This document shows, in pieces, positions 1 to 11,399 of a stretch of 64,000 bases of DNA. The stretch is from Welwitschia mirabilis (taxonomy: Eukaryota). The notes beneath the pieces are model-generated. The model saw nothing but the letters and a program-made list of their open reading frames with translations, was not told the DNA's origin and ran no database searches. Where the stretch lies: contig JBOZIK010000001.1 in assembly GCA_051453625.1 (NCBI GenBank), positions 4,317,642 through 4,381,641 on the forward strand, written 5' to 3'. Numbering within the stretch: the stretch's first letter is position 1; every line of letters starts with the position of its first letter. Position numbers and translations under genes: made by a program.

Positions 1-2473
1 TCTTGAATTTCTAATTATTCAAATTTATTGGGTTTAATCTTTAAAATATAAAAAATGTGAGAATAAAAATTTTTCATAGATCCTTCTATCTTTATTTATA
101 AGTTAACTTCTCTAATAATAGATTCTAAAGAATGATCTTTAAGTAATTTGGGCTTTTTCAGTATGCCTTCTTTTACTAGAACTTTATTACTTTTGGTAGA
201 ACCTTCATTGGTTGTAGAAATACTTGTAGTTATGACTTCCTCTTCATCTATGTAGTTTGTTCTTGTGTCAATCTCATTAATTTACATATCTATTAACTAT
301 TCTATCATTAAGCTTCTTTTGTTGAAACTATGATAAGTTCTACTTCTAGTTGAGTAACCCAAGAAAATAGCTTCATCTGCCTTAGACTCGAATTTATTCA
401 AATGTTCTCTATCTTTTACTACATAGCATTTACTTCTGAAAACTTTAAAATATGATACATTAGGTTGTCTTCCATTCCATAATTCATATGGTGTTTTATC
501 TGTACTAGGTCTAAGATATACTCTATTAATAATGTAGCATGCTGTGATAACTACCTCAGCCCAAAAGGATTTAGGAATCTCTTTATCATTTAGCAGAGTT
601 TATGTCATTTCTTAGAGGACTCTATTTTGTTTTTTAGGTATACCATTTTTTTGTAGTATTTTTGGGGCTTAAAACTAATGATCAATTCCATTTTCAATGC
701 AATATTTCTTAAAAAATTGGTTTTCAAATTTACTATCATGATTGCTTTTTATTTCTTTATGGTATATCCCTTTTCATTTTGAATCTTGTTACAAATCTCA
801 ACTCAATGTTTGTAAGCTTTAGATTTGTTTTAAAAGAAGGCTATCCAAGTATATCTAGAGAAATTGTCAACAATGGCGAAAAAATAACATTTTTCACCTA
901 GACTTCAAGTTTGAGCAGGGCCTACTAGGTCCATATGAATAAGTTCTAATGGCATAGATGTGGACATTTGGATTTTGCTTTTATGTGAAGTCTTAATTTG
1001 TTTTCCCTTTTGGCATGCATTACATAAACTCGTTTTTCTATATTTATCTTAGGAATATATTTTATGATGTTTTTATAAATAATAATTTTTAATTGATCAT
1101 AATTAACATGATCTAATCATTTATGCCATAGCTCTTCTTAAGAAAAATTTGAAAAATAACATAGAGAAAATGATTGATCTCTGCTATATATGTTGTCTAT
1201 TCTACTTTCTCTAAGAATTACATCATTCTATTTTCCATGTAAAACTTTACATTTTGATTTATCAAAAACTACCTTGTAACCTTTCTTACAAATTTATCTA
1301 ATGCTCAATAAATTATGCTTTAAATCATTTACATACAAAATTTATTAATTCTAGGAAGTTTACCTCCACCAATGCTTCTAATGCCTTCTATTTTTGCTCT
1401 TCCATTATTCCTAAAAGTCACCTCTCTTCCATCAAAGTTGCTTAGGTCCTTGAATCTAGATTTTTCTCTTATTATATTATTTGAACACTTGCTATCTAGG
1501 CACTAGCATGTGTTATTTAAAACTTTGAAAGCTATCTAAATTAAAAGACTTTTAAGATTATTAGATTGTACCCACATAGTCTTTCTAGACTTACATCGTA
1601 CACCTCCTTTAGAAATAAATTTAAATGAAAAGGTAGTAACTGAGTTTGAAAATAATATTAAGTTTCTATCATTGCACATGAGTTTTGAATGATTAATTCC
1701 TCCACAAAAATGACAAGTATCTTTTGAAAAGAACTTACCATAACTAGTTATCTAATTTTGCTATCTTTTAGATCTTTGAGAGATGAACCTAGGTCCTAAT
1801 TTGTTACCAATAGATTTTTGAACTCTAAGCATCTAGTCCAATTTGCTAAATCCACCTAAAATTTATTAATAAAATAAACTAACTCTTTTACCTATAGAGT
1901 GAGATTGGAGTTTTCTAATTTGATTCTTTTAAAACTTCATTCCATTTCCTTCTTTTCCTTGGTAAGAGATTTTATAATCTNNNNNNNNNNNNNNNNNNNN
2001 NNNNNNNNNNNNNNNNNNNNNNNNNNNNNNNNNNNNNNNNNNNNNNNNNNNNNNNNNNNNNNNNNNNNNNNNNNNNNNNNTCTTATTCAGATCATTTATC
2101 CTTTTAGCTATATTTTCACATTCTTGATATAGCTCTTGATAGGTGTCTTCCAGCTCATCCTATTCTTCATTTATCACATCAAGGTAGTCATGATCTAATG
2201 TATTGAGCATATTTTGTAAAGGAAGAATAACTGCCATAAAGGAAAGTCTTCTTTCTTTGTTGGATTTGTAAGCATTTCTTTTGTCACTTTCACTTGACTC
2301 TTGTGTTTTTCCATTGGTTATAATCTATTTAAAAACAAATCTATATGCTATCCAAAATAGACAAATAAAAGTATAGGTGTCTAGGTAGGACATACTTAAA
2401 AAGACATTAAAGTAAATACTAATCATATGATTCTAAAGCCTAGATTGATTAAGATCTAAGAAAATACTTAACC

Positions 2474-2486
2474 TGCTCTGATACCA
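2474..2486 (-). promoter_or_regulatory. Primer-binding site (tRNA-iMet)
   Basis: TGCTCTGATACCA is the reverse complement of TGGTATCAGAGCA. Confidence 0.93.
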
Positions 2487-2488
2487 AA

Positions 2489-3974
2489 TGATAGGATTAA
2501 GAATCCTAAAGAATGAATGGATAGATTCTGAAAAAATACAACACTGTATTCTAAATGAATATAATATTAAACAAAAACTTTTACACACTAATTAGCTAAT
2601 CTAAAAACATGCATGAAAAGAAAAACTAATAGAAGTAAAAAAAATAATAACTGAAAGCATAAAAATATTAAAGAGAAGCACATAGGATTTATAGTGATTT
2701 GGGAAACCTCCTATTCCATTCTCGATGGTCATCTTATCCCCAAGTTAGATCCAGATCTTAATTACTCTACTAGGTATTTCAATTTTACCTATAACCTTTA
2801 CAAATGGAGTTTTCTAGGCTTAGTCTCAATCTTTAAGAGGACTTTTCAAGGCTTAGTCTCAATATTTCACAATACAAAGTACTGATGTAATAATGCCAAA
2901 TATTCATGAATATCAAGCATTCTTGATGTAGTGGATTTGATGAAACGTCTCCTGTAGGTGTAAGACAGATGAAGCATAAGATCTAATCTTGAATGTAGAG
3001 ATGACACAAATGTTAGATCTTCCTGGGTTAGAAGTATAGATGCCAAAATACAACAGTGAATATCATAATATTATAGTGCTTATTTCTTAAATCCAAACAG
3101 ATTAACACACTTAAAAATGATTCCAAAACGACTCTATAATCATTTATCTCTTGGCTATTTATATTGGAAGGCTTTTAGAGTTTAGTACATTTGAAATGTA
3201 CTTTTAATGATTCTAAATGACTAGAAAATAACTATATAATGGATACATAATGACTAGAAAATTTTACTTTCATTCTATTTAGTTAACCCCTTCAAAGTTT
3301 GATTGACCCGATCTAGTACCATAAATTATACAAGTTGCTTGAGTGCAAATTTCAAGTACCCTAATTTCTTATAGATTCATGTCTGGTTGACCTCATATGG
3401 GTCTAATTGATTCCAATTTGATTGTCTGTAATAAAATCCAGTTACTCGCCTACCCTGATAAAATTCTTTATACTTTCTAGCATCAGGTCTAATCGACCTC
3501 ATCATAGGTCTGGTCGACCCCTTGACAATTAGTTCAGGAGTATTTTCCTTAGTTCATAAGATTCGATCGACTCTATCATAGTTCCAGTTAACCCCTTATC
3601 ATTTAGTCTAGGTATATTATTTATTAGGTCTTCAAATCTAGTCAACTCCATAATTCTCTAGTTAATCCATTTCCATTCAACTCAGAGATACTGCTTCTCG
3701 AGGTTATAGGATCAATTGACCCTCTCAGAAATTTTGTCGACCTCTCTAGATGTAGTTCATTTTATTTGTCTAATTCAGGTGTAGTTCATTCCTTGAAAGT
3801 TCGGTTGACCTTCCAAGAGGGTAAAAGAACTAATAGGTTTTTAGTGCTTAGAATTAGATGGTTTTGATTTCATCTTTCAACGTGTAAGTAATTAACATCT
3901 TTTACACAAGATACATAAAATTTGCTATACCAAAGACATTAGTTTGATATTAATTAGAAAAACATAGTCCAACA
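2489..3974 (-). repeat. 5' LTR of the SIRE-like element (~1.5 kb)
   Basis: On the minus strand it starts TGTTGGAC (3974) and ends ...CA (2489), 2 nt before the PBS. TATA box TATAAATAG at 3155-3163 (-). Array of GGTCGACC-like motifs at ~3300-3812. Confidence 0.8.
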
Positions 3975-4949
3975 AAAATAATTATTAGTATAATGTCCTT
4001 AGATTTAATGGTACTCACAATACTTTGACTCATCATAACCTCTTGATTTAACTACATTTAAGTCTCTTTGTCTAATTAGAGGCAATTAAATTATCCCATT
4101 TTTCAGTAGCATTGAGAGTATTTGTCTCATTGGGATATTTAATTTCGTGAAGCTTCTTTGGATTGAGAAATTGTAGTTTGGTTTTAAGACTTATTTTGAC
4201 CTTGATTTTGCAGTTTAGTTATGGTTGTGGTAGAAGTTACGCTTATCATGATGAAGGATAAAATGGTTAAGGATAAGCTAGCTAAGGAGTAAGATCTTGT
4301 GGAGTAAAAGCTTATGAAATGAAAGGAGTTTGAGGTATCATTGACATCATCATTAAATTATCCATTAGTTGGGATGGATAAACTAGTCAAATTAGTTGAT
4401 TAATGGCAACAACATTCTTTGGGTTACTACCTCTAATGTTATTGTTATTCCTTTTGGATGATTCCCTTTGGGAGATATTACCATATTTTATGGCTCCTTT
4501 CTCTTCTCCTATAACTTCTATACTCTTGGCTAGTGTGACAACTTGCTTAAAGGTTTTAAATGACTGCATTTTGAGATGTTTTACAATATATAGAATGCAT
4601 AACTTTACAAATAGATAAGTCATATCAGAATCTATGATGAAGGTTTCTAGTTTTAAGGCAAAGATCCTCCATCATAGTGCATAATCTTGTACTATTTAAT
4701 TGAATTATTTTTTAATTTTAGTCAAGGTATCTAACATCATTTGTTTTATGATATTAATGAAGTAATGTTAAACAAACATTTTCAGTAATTATTTTAAACT
4801 TGTAATATAATGAGTTAGTATCCTATAATATCATTTAAGGGCTTGTTATTTTGAAGATCCATAAAATAGATGATAGGTGGTGTTTTGTTTGATGTTGTAC
4901 ATATAACATGTATGCTTGTATTTGCTTACATACATGAAAAGGTCTTCTA

Positions 4950-5450
4950 TACTCATGAATTTCTCCAAGTCAGGCATTATCAAAGTTAGAATCTAAATAG
5001 CGTTTCTTGTTTTAGAGACCTCATTTTAGGTAATTAATAGCTTCCCAAATGGTTGTCAAATTAGGTTGATTCAAAGTTTTGTTTTCAACTTACTTATTTT
5101 TAGGTGATTCATCTCTATGTGTAAAGTACTCAAATAGGGTATCATTGTCATCAGCCTATTTCTTTGGGCCTTATGATTGTGGTTATTGCTGGGTTTCTTG
5201 GTTTTCTTCATGATCCCATTTGTTAATAAACACTTCATCATTGCTCTTTTCATGAAGGAGTTCATTCTGATAAGTTTTACTTCTTTCTTTACTAGTTTAC
5301 CCTAACCTCTTAGATGTCATGACACAAATTCACTTACTAGGATGGATAAGTTATGGGTTCTAATAAGCTCTATAGTCTATAATGGCATGAAGCTCATCTG
5401 CGACAAGTGTAGAGGGGTATTATTAGATGAGGAATTATACATCTCTTTAG
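4950..5450 (+). pseudogene. Possible LINE ORF1 remnant (zinc-knuckle region)
   Basis: VYNGMKLICDKCRG (~5375-5417) resembles the YExLPxxCxxC knuckle lead-in of plant L1 ORF1. There is little other support. Confidence 0.3.
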
Positions 5451-5594
5451 AAATGTAGGATTTTTTGCCTCTCATTGACACTGGCATTGTGGTTATTCTA
5501 AGTCAAGAAAAGGCTTTAAAATAGATGAATGTAAAAGACCTAATAAATTATTGAAAAACCCACTAGAGGAGTCCTCCTTATAGGCCTAAAATAT

Positions 5595-6137
5595 TTGTGA
5601 GATTTTTTCTCTCCCATCAATGGTGGATTAGTTCTAATATTGTATGATGATATGTGGTTTAAGTGATTTGATAACAATTTGACTGATTTTAAGCTAAATT
5701 TAATGATTTAATTAAGTTTGACTAAGCTTGACTAAATTTAACTATGTTTGACTTTGGTTAACTAATATTGACTAACTTTGACTGATTTTTCCTTGAAAAA
5801 TTTGATTGAGTTTGACCCAAGTTAACTAGATTTGACTAGGTAGACTAAATTTAATTATCTTTAGCTAAGCTTTAACTAATGTTGAGTAGGTTAACTATGA
5901 TTGACTAACTTCATTTTAATAGAGTTTGGAAACTTGGTCCTAATGTTATGACATTTTCTTATAATTTAAATTTGATTATGATTTGGAAGATGTTTCACCT
6001 ATGATCCTCTTTTATTTTAAGCCTAAGATTTTGCCCATAATGAAATCTAAATACAAGGCTATGTTCATTGGAAGGTGTAATTTATCTTACTGGTCAAGAA
6101 ATCATGAAAGTTTTATATGCATATAACTAAGTTCTAA
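5595..6137 (+). repeat. Left arm of ~540-bp inverted repeat, with ~10-bp periodic TTTGACT units
   Basis: For example GGATTAGTTCTAAT, AATTTAAATTTGATTATGATTTGGAAGA and AAATACAAGGCTATGTT match the reverse complement of 8764-9295 colinearly. Confidence 0.92.
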
Positions 6138-6515
6138 AAGAAGGCAACTATGATGCGATGCTTATCCCAAGGCGTTGTAGCAAAGGGCAGCGTTATAGTA
6201 AAGAGTGGTAATGTGGTGAAGGACAATGCTAAAAAACAAAGCACATAGAAGATAAGAGAGCACCCACAAAAATCACAACACAAAAAATCAAGGGGTAGAT
6301 CAAAAGACAGTGGCAAATCACGGTTCATAGAATCAAAGGACTAATAAATATCTGAGAGAAAAATATTGCACAATTAACAAATCAGAAAATAGAGGAGATC
6401 AAAACAATGAGTAGCTAAACATAGACACAAGCCTCAATTGAAAATGTTAAAAATGGATGTAAGAGCACTGGCAACCTAAGACTTTAGTGCATAATAGAGA
6501 ATTGGCTTTTGGGAA

Positions 6516-7877
6516 TGTTGCGGTGTGAATTTATGCAATCCGGAAGTCCTTTAGGTAAATCTGTAAGTCAAATAACTTACAAAAAAACACATGCTAGTAT
6601 AGACGGGAGTTCACTCGAAGGTTGTAATTCAACGAAGGAACTAGGCTTAGAGTTAGAGAATGTCTAGAAGAAGTTTTTAGTCTTTTATATTTTACTGACT
6701 AAAAGTAAATAATAAAGTAAATGCAATGTAGGATTAATGAAGATGAAATGTAAATGAAAATAAATGAACTCTCTTGGTTCCTAATCCTTTTGTCACAAGG
6801 ACTAGCCTCTAGTCTTTCTGTCATAAAGACTATCTTTTCTATAATTTAAATTAATTAAGAAGAGCATTCAACTAGTTCTTAACAAATATAAACTATGAGA
6901 TCTACCAAGTAGAATATGCAATATGCAATATGAAATTGAAATGGAATAGTAATGCAAACCTAAATTAACCAAGGTCAACCTTAATAAAGGTTGTCCTCAT
7001 GATCTAAATAAGTCATAGAAATGTTACTTAAGTATGACCAGCTTAAATCATAAGGGACATTTATAAAATTGGAATGAAAAAAGTATTAGTATTAATTTAA
7101 AGAACTTTACATCCACTTACAATAGAAAAATAGCACCTCAATGGAAGAGTCTCATCCTAACACTAAGAAAACTGCTTTTTGCAACTTTGGATGGATCTCT
7201 TATCCTTCAATCTTCCATCATAAGCATATCAGATACAAAAACTAATTTGGAAGTGAAAGAGGGAAGGGTATTTATAGTTTTGCATTAAGCTTCTAAAAAC
7301 AAAACACTAAAAGTCAGAAAGGAAACCTAATAACCCACATGATTTATTTAACCCCATTTATAAAGATATTTAATTCAAAACATGCAAAAATAACTATTGT
7401 CCCACCTATCATTGGGACGACATAAGGGACATTACCATCTGCCACATGTCTCCATGCCCTGTTATCAGCCCCACAGCTTGTATCCATGTTAGCAGTGTCA
7501 TCATCCTATCTGTTGTGAGGATAACATAGGAGACGATGCCTTCGTATGCTTCATATGCTCCATGTGCTGTTCCATGTGTTGTTTTCATGATAAGTAGTAG
7601 TGCTAGCATTCCTTGTGTCATGGGGATGACAGTGGGGCAACATCTTTCCTAAGCTTCTCAAGTAGAATAAATCAACCTTATTTGCCATTAGTCTTCTTTA
7701 AATATGCTAAGTATCAGAACATGCCTGAAATACTTTTAAATATGCTAAGAATTACATGCTTCTATGATCATCCTATTGTCTCCCTATAATCAGCAAAATT
7801 GCATTTAAACCTGTATAAATATCCTGCAAAAGTACTCCAAACACACCATCAGATTCTTACAAATTCGCATTGCAACA
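6516..7877 (-). mobile_element. Solo LTR, related to the Athila-like LTRs at 32957 and 46388
   Basis: Inverted termini TGTTGCGGTGTGAATTT...AAATTCGCATTGCAACA. 5-bp TSD GGGAA/GGGGA. Minus-strand TATA (CTATAAATACCCT, ~7265-7277). The reverse-complement start aligns with 32957ff. Confidence 0.9.
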
Positions 7878-8763
7878 GGGGACCTAAAGTGTGAAAAAGC
7901 GCAAGCTTCATTGGATCTAAGATTTTTTTTAACATTTTCTCTAGAGAGCTTGGAATTGGTTGTGCACATTCAAAAGGGAAAGGTCTCTTGAGATTTCATT
8001 AAAGAACTAATTCTTGAATGCTTTAGAGGTTGAAATTTGTTGAATGAAGGCATGTATTTGAGGATTGAAACACATTTTGAAAGAGAGTGGTAAGCAGATC
8101 ACAAAAACAACAACAACAACCAAAAAAAAAAAACACATCATCAAAAGAAGAAGACGCAACAGAGATAACATAGCATAATTCAGAGTAGGCCCGTATGACA
8201 AAATAAAGGAGGATCACTTTCCAGGTTTTTTTAATATTTATTTCTATGGTATTTTGATTTTAAAAAAATGAACTGCTCAAAATTATTTTTAATATTTTGA
8301 AAGTTGTATAACTTTTAGCTGTTGAAGTTATACATTTGAAATATGTTGCCTTTTTTAAATGTAGAAAATATTCTTCTTAGATAGGAGTTTTCCTTTAAAA
8401 GTATTATTTAGGATTAAAGCATTATCTTATGTTTACATAAAATAACTCTTCATTGGAAAAAAAATTATTCAAAATCATATTCAATTCTAGTCTTCATCTG
8501 GTTTAGGCATTAAATTTGTGTTACTATTAGCACCCCACTTTCCTCATTTTTTTACTTTGTTAAAGACACCAAAAAAATCATAAAAATTTCCATCTTGCTA
8601 AAAATAAAAATATGTCATCAACATTTTAGTTTAGAATGCTCAACCATGCTTCTATGCTTACATTCACATATTATTATGTGTGGTTTTTGAATAAACATGT
8701 ATGCAATAATTCTTGAAACTAGTTTAGACATTAATTGCCATCATTAAGTTGTAAATTTTTACA

Positions 8764-9295
8764 TTAGAATTCAGTTATACGTATATAGAACTTTCACGTT
8801 TTCTTGGCTAGTAGAGTAAATTACACTTTCTGATTAACATAGCCTTGTATTTAAATCGTCATAGGCAAAATCTTAAGCCTAAAATAAAAGAGAGACATAG
8901 GCAAAATGTCTTCCAAATCATAATCAAATTTAAATTGCAAGAAAATGACACAACATGAGGGCCAAGTTCCCAAACTCTGTTAAATGAAGTCAGTCAATCA
9001 TAGTCAACTTAATCAAAGCTCAATCAAAGTTGATCAAATTCAGTCCACCTTGTCAAACCTAATCAACCTAAGTCAAACTCAGTTGAATTTTGTCAAAATG
9101 AAGTCAACCAAAGTCAATCAATATTAGTCAACCAGAGTCAAACATAGTCCAATTTGATCAAGCTTAATCAAACTTGATCAAATCATCAAATTTAGCTTAA
9201 ACGCAGTCAAATTGTCATCAAACCACCTAAAACACCTATCATCACACAACATTAGAACTAATCCACTGCTTATAGAAGAGAAAAAATTCTCGTAA
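8764..9295 (-). repeat. Right arm of the inverted repeat, with AGTCAAA units
   Basis: Reverse complement of 5595-6137 (e.g. TCTTCCAAATCATAATCAAATTTAAATT, ATTAGAACTAATCC). Confidence 0.92.
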
Positions 9296-9599
9296 GCAAT
9301 TATATAACAAGAAATAAAGTGCTCTAAGATGTGTGGTGCCACATAATAAACCTTTTTCTTAGGATAAGGTTTTGAAGATGGTTTTAATAAATTTTGAGAA
9401 CAATCTAGTTAAAGTATTTTCTAGAACAAACAACAAAACCAAATTTTTTGTGAGAGAGAAAGAACTTGGATTCAATTATAGCTCATAATGCAGAAACTCG
9501 TTTGTTCTTTCTTCTTCACTTTTTTTTTTTTTTTGAAATCATAAGGACAAACTTTGAATTGAATTTTAAGATTCAAAAAAATACAATTTTTTTTAATTT

Positions 9600-10400
9600 T
9601 TTAAGCGATGATTTAACGACATTGGATGAACCTATAGCCAGTCAAGTCTGCCTCCTGCGTTCTCTCCCTTCCTCCACGTTGTCGCTCTTACGCTGTGATT
9701 CCAGTGCTCTTTCTTCCTGCTGGGTTTCTGATTTATGAAATTTCTACATCCTTCTTGAAGCCGATCTTCTCCTCGAAACAAATGTCGCTCTTCACCTCTC
9801 TAAACCTACGTTTCACTTCTTCACGAATGCTCTCTATTTTGCTGTGATCTCCCTGCGTTTGATGCTTCTTTGTTTTCAATTATCTTTCGTTATGTCTTAT
9901 GTGTTGCTTGCCTTCTCTCTGTAGCATTTTGCCATCTTCTCTTCTGTCTTGTCGATCTGATGAATCATCCTTTCTGTTTCTGGTGTCGCCCTTTCGTTCA
10001 CGATTCCTTGATGCACCTCTGATCCTCTGTGTTGCCCCTCCAATTCTTCTCTTTTCTTCACTTTTTGATTCACGTCTGCTACGCCACTCCTGATAATTGT
10101 CTTTGCAAATTATCAGCGCTCCCTTTACGTAACGTCCGTTGCAGCATCTGCAACGTCCACCGAAGTGAGGAGTACATGTATTGGAAATGCTGGCAGTTCA
10201 TGCGAGCTTGAAAGATGGAGAATGAATCAGCAAGGCTGCGTTCTCTTTGAAGGAACAGTGCATGAGGCACTGTGCTCTTTGTGGTTGATGCCATGGTGGG
10301 ATTACGCCAGTGAAATCGGATGTCATACCTGCAATATTAACATCTTCAATAATTCTGATTTCTTTTTATGATGTGGAAGGTGACGAAAACGATTTTGAGT
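9600..10400. promoter_or_regulatory. CpG-retaining, GC-richer island; candidate promoter / 5'UTR / first exon
   Basis: Dozens of CG dinucleotides and CT-rich tracts, whereas CG is nearly absent elsewhere. Donor-like GAAG|GTGACG at ~10379. Confidence 0.45.
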
Positions 10401-11399
10401 CTCTTTTTATGTAAGCTAAATGCAGGCTTCTTTACATTGGTGTTTACACTTCCAAATTAAGTATCTGCATTATAGAGAGAAGTAGAGTAACAATACCTTG
10501 AGGGCTCTTTGGAAGATTGGTTGTTTGTGAGTTAATAAAAGCCATAACATTTGATTTTTGAACTATAGTTTCTGCATGGAATACTTACAACCAATAAGAT
10601 ATTTGTTTTGATAGGGCCATCAATCATTGAGACAGCAAAGCTCTTTCAAAATGAACCCTACAGGAAGGTGAAATGGTGTATTAGAAATGTTTTTAAGGTA
10701 AACAAAAATATAGGGAGGTTAAAGGGTATAAGGATCTATAAAGTGGGGGAAAGGAAAATAAGTAGATGAAGAAAGGGTGGGTAAAAAATGGGAATGTAAA
10801 ATTTTTATGTCACAATGTGTAATTTGGATATTGAACACCTGTTGATAAAATCCAATAAAATTAAAGTGTTAATATGATCTTTAGAAGTTCATCACAATTA
10901 AGATTATGATTCTAGATAAAGATGGGTTAAGAAAGGATGCTTAGAAGTGATAGTAGGAACCTCATATTCCCAAATGAATCTAAGGATATAATCATTTAAT
11001 TTTTTAAATGCATTAATCTCTTACATTACTCAAATTAGACAATCATAATATAATCAATAAGTAAATAAAACTAATTTGAAATAGAAGGGATGCAAATAGT
11101 TATTCGATTACCTTTTTTAGAATAGAAAGAGAAAGGAATAGAAGGAGGAGGAGGAAAAAATAAGCATGCTATATTAATACTCTTTTTGCTTATAGTAACC
11201 CTTGATATACAATTATAGGATATAATGAATCCAAATTTTTCTTACTTCAACATCTTACTCTATGTATCTCATACTCAGATAGTAGAGCATATTAATCATA
11301 AGTTCCATTTTAATTACTTTCCATTATTGAGATAAGGAGTGTAAAACTTTACTCTTTTCTTGATTATGTTTCTCAATAAAGCCAATTTTAGTCATTGTT

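Larger units (their letters stand above)
1..3974 (-). mobile_element. Ty1/Copia (SIRE/Maximus-like) retrotransposon, 5' half, degenerate; continues off the left edge
   Basis: Minus-strand motifs in Copia order: gag zinc knuckle CHFCGGINHSKLMC (1674-1715), protease-like CLDSKCSNN (~1470-1508), integrase PLELIHMDLVGP (917-952), IPKSFWAEVVITAC (~540-580) and KFESKADEAIFLGYS (~351-400). Met-tRNA PBS and a long LTR lie upstream. Many stop codons. Confidence 0.92.
5595..9295. mobile_element. Putative non-autonomous Mutator-like/foldback element bounded by long inverted repeats
   Basis: Arms 5595-6137 and 8764-9295 are reverse complements. There is no transposase between them and no clear TSD. Confidence 0.5.

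Noticed and set aside
4387..4623. Overlapping ORFs 4403-4618 and 4387-4623
   Set aside because: No recognisable domain.
5660..5910. Periodic short repeats resembling a CRISPR or telomeric array
   Set aside because: Degenerate ~10-bp units without unique spacers, no cas genes, a eukaryotic context, and not TTTAGGG.
9466..10371. Cluster of short ORFs in the GC-richer island
   Set aside because: Low-complexity S/L/F-rich or unrecognisable peptides, as expected by chance at higher GC. Not called as CDS.
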